Shown: one piece after another, positions 18,946-28,245 of the stretch
Layout: each line of letters starts with the position of its first letter
How positions within the stretch are numbered: position 1 is the stretch's first letter
Assembly: GCA_020725175.1 (NCBI GenBank)
Contig: DYFM01000001.1
Location: 65,504 to 129,503 of the forward strand
From: Candidatus Paceibacter sp.
Lineage (GTDB): Bacteria > Patescibacteriota > Patescibacteriia > Magasanikbacterales > UBA922
DNA: 64,000 nucleotides
Direction of reading: 5' to 3'
Notes under the pieces: model-generated
Told to the model about the DNA's origin: nothing
The model's database searches: none
What the model saw: the letters and a program-made list of their open reading frames with translations, nothing else
Made by a program: the position numbers and the translations under genes

Positions 18946-21421
18946 TATTTGTTCTGTAGATTCCATATTCATCTAGGTTTTCGGCTATTTCTGGTGGAAT
19001 ATTTTTTGCATTAAGAAACGATGCACCTTCCAGACTACAGTTTAAGAATTGTGTGTTTTTTAGGTCCACAGCCCAAAACTGACAGTTATTCATTTTACAA
19101 TAGGCAAATTTAGAATTAGTAATTTTACCGAGACTAAAGGCACTACCTTTTATATCCATATTTTCAAAAGTGATGTCACTTCTTTCCATACCCATAAAGT
19201 TTGCGTTTCTTAGTACTATACCAACAAATCTAGAACCTTTACCTTTTTTAATATTTTCAATGAGGAGAGATCTTCTAAAATATGATTGGCTGTCTATTCC
19301 ATGGGTGAAAATATCAGTATTTGGGTGATATTTTATTTCGAGAGGATCAACGATAATTTTTGCATTATCTAATCTAGTATAACATAGGTGTGCTCGGTAT
19401 AAGTTGGAACCTTCAATTGTTGCCTCTCTTAAGTCTGAACTTGTAATATACGCGTCATTAACATTAACATCTTTCATTTTTGCCTTTCTGAGATTTGCTG
19501 TGATAAGTGCTAAGTGTAAATCAACGGAATAAAGTTTACCTCCTGCGACATTACCAAGTAAATACCTTGTTGAAGCATTCTCAAGACGTAAACCAGACAT
19601 TTTCTTTATTTCTCTCTTTGCAATTTTTGGAATAAGTATCTCTTGCCTATATATACTTTCTATGTCCAAACCCTGTTCTATCCAAGCAGGAATACCTTTT
19701 GCATTGCGAAAGCAGGTTCCTTCAGGATTTATTCTATCTAAATTTGCTCCGGTAAAATCCCAGTCACTAAGGTTTAATTTTCGTAGATCCCGACTTGATA
19801 GATCTTGATCGGCGAGGTAAAAGCCTCGGGCATTTTTTAATACTGCAGCTTGCTCGTCAGTAAGATTTTCAGAGTGGTACCTTATTCTCATGATATACAG
19901 TCGACAGTCTTCTGCCGTCATATCATGCATATTGTAATCCGCCATACCAAATACTCCTTTGACTGCTGAGGTAAACCGGTTAAAGTTCGTCCCCATTTCT
20001 CCTTTGGGAAAATCATTCAGAATAAAGCAAATATTTTGCAATAAGAGTTGCACTATTCGTAATGATCTAAACATTTCTTGTCTCATTTCTTCTACTTTTT
20101 CTTTCTCTAGTGCTCGTCCTCTTTCAAAGTACTTTTTAGGGAGAAGAAATCTGGCAGACTTCGTTTTTATAGTTTCACTCAGTAAATGTTTTTCTTTTTT
20201 GTCAATTATTCTTTTTAACTCAAAACTATATTCAAATAACTCTGGAAGTACTTTCTGACAGAGGGAAAATATTTTTTTTCTTTGTTCTTTTGTTATCTTT
20301 GGAAATACATCTTGTTGAAATATGTTTAATGCTTCTCGGACGGCAGTAGGATTCGTAATTAATTTTTCGATATGCTTGTATTGTAGTAGTTTGAAGAGGG
20401 CGGTTACTTTCTGCTGTTCAATCCCTTGCATCATTTCTTCGATCCATAGTTCATAGAGAAGGCTTTCTTGATATGTTTTATCTAAGGACTGATAGTTTGT
20501 ACCATAAAATTTTTTCAGTATATCTTGATCTTCTTGTCCGACACTCTTTATTTCAGACCCTACTAATCCTTTTTTTGAGTATGATAATGCTATCGCCAGC
20601 ACATTTGGTAATTTTTCATACATTCGCGCCGTATACACTTCCATTTCTCCGGCGGTTGGTGTTGGTCCGGTAGGTTTTCCGAGAATGTGTAGTAATACTT
20701 CCTTGCCTTTTGAACTGTGAACTAGTGTTAATAGTGATTGCCAAACGCCTGGGTCTTTCTCTTTGATAAACAAAAGACTAGCTGGTTGTAATGAACTTTT
20801 GTCTCTCATTCTCTTCTTCAGTTCAACAATCACAATTGGGTCAAACAAAAAACGAACAACAGCATCAACGTGAGCTTTAAGTTCTATGTCCGGTCCGATG
20901 AGTTCTTCAAGATCCACTGCCAAGAGATGGTTAGCTTGCTCAATATCCGCTTCGCTATACCACTCCGGATGAAAAGAATCAGGAGGAAGAAGAGGGGATT
21001 CCTGTGAGTTTTCCATGTGTTCTCCTGCCTCATGGAGTACTCCGGGCAGAGCCTCTTCAGAAACGGCTCTTTCAATAATGGCAACGAGGTGTTGGAGATG
21101 TTTGAATCGATTGTCTTCAATAAGACGGGCAAGTGATGCGTGTTCTTTATGAATGTATTGTTCCATTTCAGCCACCAAATGATCAGCCCGCTCTATGCGA
21201 ACAATGATTTCCTGGATTGTTCGTTCTCGTCTGTGTCGTTCTTCATCATGTATTGTCGGGTCAAGCAAGGCCGCATGTAAATTTGGGAGCACCTCATCTC
21301 GCAAGGTATCAATCCGAAGAATCAGATCATGGATAGTGGTTTGAACCTGTTCTTGAGACGGAATGTCTGCTTTTCGTGGTTTGTATTCTCTTGGATATAT
21401 GATGAGTCTATTTTCTGACAT
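18887..21421 (-). CDS. Large cytoplasmic protein with C-terminal pentapeptide repeats and a Pro-rich tail
   Basis: C-terminal third contains repeated A(D/N)LxxA/N-type pentapeptide units (for example FTGANLDRIN, NANFMGMERSDITFENMDIKGSAFSLGKITNSKFAYCKMNNCQFWAVDLKNTQFLNCSLEGASFLNAK). No signal peptide. 3' end overlaps 18031-18945 by 59 nt on the opposite strand. Confidence 0.55.
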   Translation of the reverse strand: MSENRLIIYPREYKPRKADIPSQEQVQTTIHDLILRIDTLRDEVLPNLHAALLDPTIHDEERHRRERTIQEIIVRIERADHLVAEMEQYIHKEHASLARLIEDNRFKHLQHLVAIIERAVSEEALPGVLHEAGEHMENSQESPLLPPDSFHPEWYSEADIEQANHLLAVDLEELIGPDIELKAHVDAVVRFLFDPIVIVELKKRMRDKSSLQPASLLFIKEKDPGVWQSLLTLVHSSKGKEVLLHILGKPTGPTPTAGEMEVYTARMYEKLPNVLAIALSYSKKGLVGSEIKSVGQEDQDILKKFYGTNYQSLDKTYQESLLYELWIEEMMQGIEQQKVTALFKLLQYKHIEKLITNPTAVREALNIFQQDVFPKITKEQRKKIFSLCQKVLPELFEYSFELKRIIDKKEKHLLSETIKTKSARFLLPKKYFERGRALEKEKVEEMRQEMFRSLRIVQLLLQNICFILNDFPKGEMGTNFNRFTSAVKGVFGMADYNMHDMTAEDCRLYIMRIRYHSENLTDEQAAVLKNARGFYLADQDLSSRDLRKLNLSDWDFTGANLDRINPEGTCFRNAKGIPAWIEQGLDIESIYRQEILIPKIAKREIKKMSGLRLENASTRYLLGNVAGGKLYSVDLHLALITANLRKAKMKDVNVNDAYITSSDLREATIEGSNLYRAHLCYTRLDNAKIIVDPLEIKYHPNTDIFTHGIDSQSYFRRSLLIENIKKGKGSRFVGIVLRNANFMGMERSDITFENMDIKGSAFSLGKITNSKFAYCKMNNCQFWAVDLKNTQFLNCSLEGASFLNAKNIPPEIAENLDEYGIYRTNITNPETPPPAPPTPAVPQP

Positions 21422-21538
21422 ACGTAACTATGTTGAGTCAGCGGAGAGAATGGAGAATAAACGGAGGAAACGGAATTTTGTTGGTATACATTTCTGTTTT
21501 TTTGCTTGGTTTCAGGTTATTTCGCTGTTTCAATAATG

Positions 21539-22612
21539 TTATCCGTATACTTTCCAATTCGGATCAACTACCAATTCATCCCATTTCGTAAACTGCTCCT
21601 TCTTCGCTTTGAAATATCCAGCGACCCCAATCATCGCTGCATTATCCATGGAGTATTCTCTCGGACAAAGTCGGTATTGTATGTCAGCATCGTATTCTTT
21701 TAGCTTGACTTCTAGAGTATCACGAAGTTTTTTGTTGGCGCTGACTCCACCGGCTACGATGACGGTTTTTGGGCGAATCAGTTTTACTGCGTTCATGGTT
21801 TTTGTCGTAAGCACGTCGACAATGGCTTGTTCGAAACTGGCGCAAAAGTCGTGGATGTTCACCTCTCCCTGCCCCTCCTCTTTTAGGAGGGGAGATTGTA
21901 ACTGGTGGTCGCGTAGCCAGTAAAGAGCAGCGGTTTTTAGTCCTGCAAAACTAAAATCAAAATTGTCTGAGTCAATCATTGGGCGAGGGAAGTGAATAGC
22001 TTGTGTGTTTCCGTCTATCGCATGTTGGGAAATCTTTGGACCACCCGGATATTCAAACCCAAGAATTTTGGCTACTTTATCAAAACATTCACCGGCGGCA
22101 TCATCTCGGGTTTTGCCGATTAGTTCATACTCACCGTGATCTTTCATGAGGATGAGTTCGGTGTGTCCCCCGGATACAACTAGACAAACAATAGGAAAGT
22201 TTAAAGGTGTAAGTTTCAAGTTTAAAGGACTGTTTGGTTGAGTTTTTGGAGGTAGTAAGATCGAATGAATGTGTCCCTCAATATGGTTTGTTGAAATAAG
22301 CGGAATATCCCAGAGGTAGGATAATGTTTTCGCGACTTCAGTTCCTACCAAAAGACCGGTGACAAGACCGGGGCCGGAGGTGACGGCTATGGCTTCCGGC
22401 TTCGGTTTATTTTCTAGAACAGCTTCAATGAGAGGAATTATTTTTTCCGCATGTTTTCGGCCGGCGATTTCCGGTACAACACCACCATACTTTTTATGTA
22501 CATCAATTTGGCTCGCGGTTGATTCGGCGAGAATGTTGATTGATGTTTCGGTAATATCAAGGAGAGCGACAGAAGTGTCGTCACAGGAAGATTCAATGGC
22601 GAGGATGATCAT
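21539..22612 (-). CDS. tsaD: tRNA N6-adenosine threonylcarbamoyltransferase TsaD (Kae1/Gcp)
   Basis: MIILAIESSCDDTSVALL start, GGVSANKKLR, metal-binding His pair (HIEGHIHS). Confidence 0.9.
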   Translation of the reverse strand: MIILAIESSCDDTSVALLDITETSINILAESTASQIDVHKKYGGVVPEIAGRKHAEKIIPLIEAVLENKPKPEAIAVTSGPGLVTGLLVGTEVAKTLSYLWDIPLISTNHIEGHIHSILLPPKTQPNSPLNLKLTPLNFPIVCLVVSGGHTELILMKDHGEYELIGKTRDDAAGECFDKVAKILGFEYPGGPKISQHAIDGNTQAIHFPRPMIDSDNFDFSFAGLKTAALYWLRDHQLQSPLLKEEGQGEVNIHDFCASFEQAIVDVLTTKTMNAVKLIRPKTVIVAGGVSANKKLRDTLEVKLKEYDADIQYRLCPREYSMDNAAMIGVAGYFKAKKEQFTKWDELVVDPNWKVYG

Positions 22613-22706
22613 AGGATTTTACGAATTGCGACAGTCATGTGAATATACGAAACAGGTATAGTGTATCAGATAATTTTCTTTTTATCTACTTAGTGGGGCA
22701 TGTAAA

Positions 22707-22735
22707 CCTATAGGTTGACAAAAAGGGCAAAATAT
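22707..22735 (+). promoter_or_regulatory. Sigma-70-like promoter (TTGACA-17-TATACT)
   Basis: ttgacaaaaagggcaaaatatgctatact gives a consensus -35 and near-consensus -10 with a 17-nt spacer. This implies the downstream ORF starts at ATG 22773, not 22734. Confidence 0.6.
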
Positions 22736-22772
22736 GCTATACTTTTGCGTTATTTTTAGCTTCTTTATCAAT

Positions 22773-25700
22773 ATGATAAAAAAGACGATTTCGCTTATTA
22801 TAGCACTTTTAATTCTTCAGACCGTCATGCCAGCAGGGTTTGCCATGGCTACGGAACGAGGTACTTCTTCTGTTTCACGTTCATCTACAGCTCCTGTGGC
22901 ACGGTCTACTACGCCTACTCCAGTGGTTTCGCCAATAGTAAATACCCCTGTAATTTCTCGGGAAAATAGTCTGGATAGAGCAGTTGTTCGTTCTTTGACC
23001 TCTCCGTTTCCTGGGTCTAACTCTTCGGTAAATGATGGGCGACCAGAACCTATCACTCCACCAACTCGAGGTGGAGGCATTGAACCCCCTCCTCAAGATC
23101 CTGGGACAGATGTATATTGTGGAGGTGAGTTGCCCGATGTGTACATTAGTGACTACACAAAAACCGGCGTTATTTATGCCGACCCTTCTTCAGAATATGA
23201 TTATCTAACTTTTGATGTGACAATTGGTATTGCGCAAGCGGATTTGTATTTTATCAACAATGATCATCGATCGTTTCAGTTGGGGGCAACAGATAGTTAT
23301 GACGCGTTGAAAAAGATTTTTTGGGTGAAAAATCCAGTAGTGTCATTGAGTGGGTATTCTCTCTTGACGCCGTTTGACGATGTCTTGTATCGTGTTTCAG
23401 AATATGAAACCGATGTTGAGAGTGGGAAGAAGTTTTTGCCTTGTGGAACCACGTATACATTTACCGATGTGAAGGTTCCAGTTAACAAAGCCGCTTCATA
23501 TTCTGGGATTACATTTATTGCGGATTTTTATAATAAGTACCAAGAGGTGGATGAAATTAATCTGACATCTGGAAGTTTGTTTACCAACAATATCCGAGAA
23601 TATTCGCACCAAAATTATTCTGCCGCGACAATGATAGAACAAGTAATCGTAGATGAAAAAAATAAAACCTTATCAGTAACATTGGTTTATTATGGTGGTG
23701 AGCCGGTAACTGTGCGTCATTTGGAAAACTTCCAGCCGGCTTGGAAAAAACCGAGAGCTTTCAATAAGAATAGCTACCATAATATTATCAATACGGAAGG
23801 AAAGTATATTGATGGAGATTTATTTCAGAGCATTTCCTATCTTCCTCCTAAGTATGTTCCGCAAATTGAACCTCTCCGAGAATTTATTTCTGTGGAAGGT
23901 AAAAATTACGTAACGTACACAAACTTGCCAATAACCAATCACACGTGGGTCTTGTATTCACAAGATGGTCAGCAGTCGATCGCTCTTGATCTTATTGTTC
24001 CTCCTACTCTTCCGAAATATCTTTGTGAATTAACCGAATGTAATATCCCAAGCAATCATATTCGTGTCACACGGAAAACTCCACAGATACAAGATATTTC
24101 GCCTGCAAGTATCAGTCTAAATCCTCAAACAGCTGTGGTATATGAAGCCTGTGTCTTTGGCTCAAAAAGTGCTGATATTGAAAGTATTGCCTTCAAAACC
24201 GCAACCGATGCCTCAATGAAGATCAATGTGTTTAAGAATTCTTTGGCATTGTGGCCATATCCGATAGCGGTAGAAAGTTATTGGCCGGGAGATTTCCCAT
24301 TTGAGAAAAAAGTAACTGTACCGGCAAATACCTGTGTACAATTTTCGGTGGATATTTTAGAACTTGAAGCCGGGAAAGACGGTACAACTGGCAACTATGC
24401 CCGATTTGACATGAAGGGGATGGCTGCTTCTTTGCCGGTATACTTCAAGCCGGATAATCAGGTTGGGTGGAAAAATTTGGCCACAAGCGAGGAAAATGTA
24501 ACCGGTACATATGATATCTTTTCCTATCGTTCCGCAGTCATGATGCCACTGTTTGGCAACCCAACTAATTTAACGGAAACATATGTTGTTGGAAAGCAGG
24601 TTTTTGTTGGAGTGGCTGAAGTGAGGTCTTTACCGTACACAAAAGCAACGTTAGAAGGCTTAACTCTCCACACATCCTCGACCTTCAGTATTGAGTTGCC
24701 ATTTGAAGTGGATGTTTATGAATATAATGAGTTTGATAGTACATTACTTACAAAAATTAACACCGTAGTTCCCGCGCACACGGGTGAAATAGTCTTACCA
24801 CTCGATTACGACATGGTGTTTGGGAAAAATCTGCAATTTATTTTTCGAATGCCAACAGGTGCTCCGAGTAAGGGCGAGATACAGTTTTATCTTGAAGCGT
24901 TGTCGGGTGCCGAAACAGTGTATAAAGCACAACTACTTCAATACATGGGAGGTAATTTCAATGAATTTACGTTCCCAAGCCTTATTCTTCACGCGAAGTT
25001 TATTGATGAAATAGAAAATATTTCGGTGGCTAAGTTTAGTTTTTCACCTCTTTTGGGTAGTGGTGGTACCCAAACATTGTACTACACACCAAAGATGCAA
25101 GAGCAAGAATTGACAAGCGCCGGAGGAACACTGCTTTCTTCACTTCATATTTCCGTTCCAAATACGCAAAAAGAGTTTGTGGTGGAAGACTTCAATGTGG
25201 TTTTTTCCGGAACATTTTCAAACGCGCCGGTAAAAATTTTACTGAAAAACCACTGGTCGGAAGTAGTGGGTACTATTGATGGTACTATTTTCCCTGGTAA
25301 GGAGATAGTCATTCCGCAAATGACTGTAGGACCGTATGCCTCCATGCGCGTGGAAATATATATGTCCGGAGTAATCTCAACAAGTTATCCGGTATTCATA
25401 ACAACGGAATTGCCAGGAATTACGGTGAAAGATAAAATGGGAAACGCGATTGATACGGTGTTTACCGGGTATAACGCTCCCGCATCGTTCCCGGCCAAGA
25501 GTCATCCGGTGTTCTTTGGTCCGGCGAAATTGTTTGAGGCGAGTAATGGGAATTCAAACAGTCCAGAGTATGTGTTTCTTGATTTGATTCCGGAAGGGGA
25601 GGATGAGTTTGTTATGAATCAGGTTTGTTTCAAAACGCAAGGTCCGGTACAGATTAAGAGTATGACCTATCATCACTTTTTACATGATGATTCGACGAAA

Positions 25701-26015
25701 GCACCGTTTCAAGAAGCTATTCTCGATACCGGGAGTAACAAAATTTACATGCAAGACAGTCAGTGGACGCAAAAACAAATCCTGGCAAAATTTCCGTTTA
25801 CCAAACCGATTAGCTTGGGCAGTCAACAAACATTTTGTGCCGTGATGAAAGTGCGGACCCCACAATTTGATATTGACAATGCTTTCTTTGACTTAATCGG
25901 TATTGAAGCGGAAACGCCAGTTGGAGAACCGGTACTTACGTATCTAAAAAATAGTAACGCGGAATTGTCCAAGCAGTATCCGATCAAGGGAACGGTCTAT
26001 TCATTTGTGAAGTAA
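22773..26015 (+). CDS. Large secreted/cell-surface hypothetical protein (about 1080 aa)
   Basis: Signal peptide MIKKTISLIIALLILQTVMPAGFAMA, Thr/Ser/Pro-rich linker, long beta-rich body. No catalytic motifs recognised. Confidence 0.6.
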   Translation: MIKKTISLIIALLILQTVMPAGFAMATERGTSSVSRSSTAPVARSTTPTPVVSPIVNTPVISRENSLDRAVVRSLTSPFPGSNSSVNDGRPEPITPPTRGGGIEPPPQDPGTDVYCGGELPDVYISDYTKTGVIYADPSSEYDYLTFDVTIGIAQADLYFINNDHRSFQLGATDSYDALKKIFWVKNPVVSLSGYSLLTPFDDVLYRVSEYETDVESGKKFLPCGTTYTFTDVKVPVNKAASYSGITFIADFYNKYQEVDEINLTSGSLFTNNIREYSHQNYSAATMIEQVIVDEKNKTLSVTLVYYGGEPVTVRHLENFQPAWKKPRAFNKNSYHNIINTEGKYIDGDLFQSISYLPPKYVPQIEPLREFISVEGKNYVTYTNLPITNHTWVLYSQDGQQSIALDLIVPPTLPKYLCELTECNIPSNHIRVTRKTPQIQDISPASISLNPQTAVVYEACVFGSKSADIESIAFKTATDASMKINVFKNSLALWPYPIAVESYWPGDFPFEKKVTVPANTCVQFSVDILELEAGKDGTTGNYARFDMKGMAASLPVYFKPDNQVGWKNLATSEENVTGTYDIFSYRSAVMMPLFGNPTNLTETYVVGKQVFVGVAEVRSLPYTKATLEGLTLHTSSTFSIELPFEVDVYEYNEFDSTLLTKINTVVPAHTGEIVLPLDYDMVFGKNLQFIFRMPTGAPSKGEIQFYLEALSGAETVYKAQLLQYMGGNFNEFTFPSLILHAKFIDEIENISVAKFSFSPLLGSGGTQTLYYTPKMQEQELTSAGGTLLSSLHISVPNTQKEFVVEDFNVVFSGTFSNAPVKILLKNHWSEVVGTIDGTIFPGKEIVIPQMTVGPYASMRVEIYMSGVISTSYPVFITTELPGITVKDKMGNAIDTVFTGYNAPASFPAKSHPVFFGPAKLFEASNGNSNSPEYVFLDLIPEGEDEFVMNQVCFKTQGPVQIKSMTYHHFLHDDSTKAPFQEAILDTGSNKIYMQDSQWTQKQILAKFPFTKPISLGSQQTFCAVMKVRTPQFDIDNAFFDLIGIEAETPVGEPVLTYLKNSNAELSKQYPIKGTVYSFVK

Positions 26016-26026
26016 ATTTATCAGCA

Positions 26027-26060
26027 AAAAAACTCCTCGATATATTCGAGGAGTTTTTTA
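26027..26060 (+). terminator. Intrinsic terminator
   Basis: aaaaaactcctcgatatattcgaggagttttttatt. Confidence 0.8.
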
Positions 26061-26640
26061 TTAATCAGATAAACCACCAGCGTCAGCTGGTGAGTGCGTT
26101 TAAAAGCGTAGCTCATGGTACACTATCACCACCTCTCACAGAAAGGAGGTGATAGTTCTATGAGCATCAGGACAAAACTCTACCAATTGGATCACTGCAC
26201 CTACGACTGCAGTTATCATGTCGTGTGGACGCCACGGTACCGAGGAAAAGTTCTTGCCGATACCTACATTAAACAAGAACTCAAGAGAATGTTCAAGCAG
26301 ATAGAGAATTGGAAAGGATTACAAATCTACGCTTGGCACATTGGGGATGAACACATCCATCTGTATCTAGGTATCCCACCAAAATACTCAATCTCCTACA
26401 TTATTCAAATTCTCAAAGGTAAAACCTCAGGATGGATCAAAAAGAAAACCAAGAAATTCCCCAAAGGAGCTCTCTGGGGACGAGGGTATTTTGTTTCAAC
26501 CGTTGGTATCAACGAACATGCCGTTAAACGGTATGTAGAAAACCAATCTCACCATCAAGTAACGATGGAACAACTCAAACTGCCTCAGCTGCCGTAGGCA
26601 GCAGGCCAGAAACCGCCGGCGATTAAGCCGGCGGTTTTCA
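26061..26640 (+). mobile_element. IS200-like (IS200/IS605 family, TnpA-only) insertion sequence
   Basis: HUH Y1 transposase gene flanked by subterminal hairpins. Left hairpins are caccagc-gtca-gctggtg (26075-26092) and ctatcacc...ggtgatag (26123-26155), which sequesters the SD. Right hairpins are gctgcc-gta-ggcagc (26588-26602) and aaaccgccggc-gattaa-gccggcggtttt (26611-26639). It lies between a gene terminator and the 3' end of tRNA-Glu. Confidence 0.8.
26160..26597 (+). CDS. tnpA: IS200/IS605 family transposase TnpA (Y1 HUH)
   Basis: HVVWTPRYRGKVL, HIGDEHIHLYLGIPPKYSISYIIQILKGKTS (HUH motif plus catalytic Tyr region), RGYFVSTVGINEHAVKRYVENQ. AGGAGG sits 9 nt upstream of ATG 26160. Confidence 0.9.
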   Translation: MSIRTKLYQLDHCTYDCSYHVVWTPRYRGKVLADTYIKQELKRMFKQIENWKGLQIYAWHIGDEHIHLYLGIPPKYSISYIIQILKGKTSGWIKKKTKKFPKGALWGRGYFVSTVGINEHAVKRYVENQSHHQVTMEQLKLPQLP

Positions 26641-26643
26641 TTG

Positions 26644-26715
26644 TAGCGCCAAGGGGAATCGAACCCCTGTTCCCAGGATGAAAACCTGGTGTCCTAACCA
26701 CTAGACGATGGCGCC
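26644..26715 (-). tRNA. tRNA-Glu (anticodon UUC)
   Basis: GGCGCCATCGTCTAGTGGTTAGGACACCAGGTTTTCATCCTGGGAACAGGGGTTCGATTCCCCTTGGCGCTA is a cloverleaf with anticodon loop TTTTCAT and a T-arm GGGGTTCGATTCCCC. Closely resembles canonical bacterial tRNA-Glu. CCA is not encoded. Confidence 0.9.
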
Positions 26716-27043
26716 ATGATGAAACTGATTGGAAAACAGCAACAGTATAGCACTTTTTATTTTGTACGTCAAGAGAGAGTGGTGCAAAAGAGACGGAGAT
26801 AATGATATACACAGGAATCCTTGACTTTTTTCACGTGATTGTGTAGTATAGCGACACCATAGACAGTAGGTTCCCAAGCATGGGAGTAATATCCTACCGA
26901 GGCAAAAGAGTTTATTTGTTTATTAGTTTATTTTTAGCTAATAAATGAGCTTTTCAAGGTCGAACTCAAACGCATATGTCTGTGGTGAATAGCCACTTTT
27001 TTTATTGGTCAGCCAATAAACTAATAAACCAATAAACACTTTT

Positions 27044-27568
27044 ATGGCAAAAACCAGACAGGAAAAAGAACAAGCTCTTTCTACCTTGGTGAGTTCCATG
27101 AAAGAGGCCAAAGGCGTTGCCTTTGCCAACTTTCAAGGACTCAAAATGGAAGAAATCAATGAGCTTCGTTCCAAATGTCGAGAAGAAGGAATCCAAACTG
27201 TAGCCAGCAAAAAAACCCTCGTTACCTTGGCGCTCAAAGAGCTCGGTATCGATGTGGATGCAAAACAGTTTGGTGGTGGTGTCCAAGTATTTTTTGGAAA
27301 CACCGATGAAGTTGCTCCGGCCAAGGTCGTCGCAGACTTTGCTAAAGCACATGAAGCCGCTTCATTTTTTGGAGGAGTTCTCGAAGGAAAGTTTATCGAT
27401 GCCGACGGCATGAAAGCCTTGTCATCACTTCCAAGTAAACAACAATTGCTTGGTCAATTGGTGGGCACGATCAACGCACCGGTATCAGGATTTGTAAACG
27501 TCCTCGCCGGCAACTTGCGTGGCTTGGTAACTGTGTTGAATGCAGTGAAGGATAAGCAGGCGGCGTAA
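27044..27568 (+). CDS. rplJ: 50S ribosomal protein L10
   Basis: MAKTRQEKEQALSTLVSSMKEAKGVAFANFQGLKMEEINELR is a typical L10 N-terminus. Confidence 0.9.
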   Translation: MAKTRQEKEQALSTLVSSMKEAKGVAFANFQGLKMEEINELRSKCREEGIQTVASKKTLVTLALKELGIDVDAKQFGGGVQVFFGNTDEVAPAKVVADFAKAHEAASFFGGVLEGKFIDADGMKALSSLPSKQQLLGQLVGTINAPVSGFVNVLAGNLRGLVTVLNAVKDKQAA

Positions 27569-27711
27569 TAAAAAAAGTTTCAACCGATGCAACCTATAGC
27601 ATTCGGCTGAGCTCACGACTTGAAGTCTCTAGCCGCTTTCCATCAGAAAAGGAAAGGGGAACTTGGAAAACATGTTTTAACTAATCAACAAATAAATTAA
27701 TCAACTTCAAT

Positions 27712-28122
27712 ATGTCAGAAGAAGCAAAAAAAGATGTTGTAGTGCCAGAAAAGTTTCAGGCACTCGTGGAACAGATCGAAAAAATGTCTGTCCTTGATCT
27801 TTCAGAACTGGTAAAGGTTCTTGAAGATAAATTTGGTGTATCAGCAGCTGCTCCAGCAATGATGATGGCTGGTCCAGTAGCAGGTGCTGCAGCTCCAGCG
27901 GCAGAAGAAAAGTCTGAATTCAATGTAGAATTGACTGACGCCGGCGCAAACAAGATCGCGGTGATCAAAGTGGTCAAAGAATTGACCGGCCTTGGTCTTG
28001 CGGAAGCAAAAGCCCTCGTTGACGGTGCTCCAAAGGCTGTTAAAGAAGGTGTGAAGAAAGAAGAAGCTGAAGCGATGAAAGCAAAAATCGAAGAAGCTGG
28101 TGGTAAAGTTGAATTGAAGTAA
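27712..28122 (+). CDS. rplL: 50S ribosomal protein L7/L12
   Basis: N-terminal dimerisation helix, an Ala/Pro-rich hinge ([23 protein letters not shown]) and a C-terminal domain ([56 protein letters not shown]). Confidence 0.93.
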   Translation: MSEEAKKDVVVPEKFQALVEQIEKMSVLDLSELVKVLEDKFGVSAAAPAMMMAGPVAGAAAPAAEEKSEFNVELTDAGANKIAVIKVVKELTGLGLAEAKALVDGAPKAVKEGVKKEEAEAMKAKIEEAGGKVELK

Positions 28123-28184
28123 GAACCACACCACTCAAGGCGGACCCGCCTAGGGCGGGGAATTGACACATGTGTGTTGATGAA

Positions 28185-28212
28185 AAAATCAGTCCGGAAG
28201 GGCTGATTTTTG
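28185..28212 (+). terminator. Intrinsic terminator after rplL
   Basis: aaaaatcagtccggaagggctgatttttgtg. Confidence 0.65.
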
Positions 28213-28245
28213 TGTCATGATAGTTGGGTGATTAAGGTGGATGTA

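Noticed and set aside
26585-26812. 75-aa minus-strand ORF
   Set aside because: Overlaps tRNA-Glu and the IS200 right-end hairpins. It is a translation of structured RNA/IS-end sequence.
27002-27411. Minus-strand ORFs of 116 and 92 aa
   Set aside because: Antisense to the well-supported rplJ gene. Ala/Ser-rich low-complexity translations.
27756-28169. Minus-strand ORFs of 137 and 97 aa
   Set aside because: Antisense to rplL. Their composition mirrors the Ala-rich L12 hinge.
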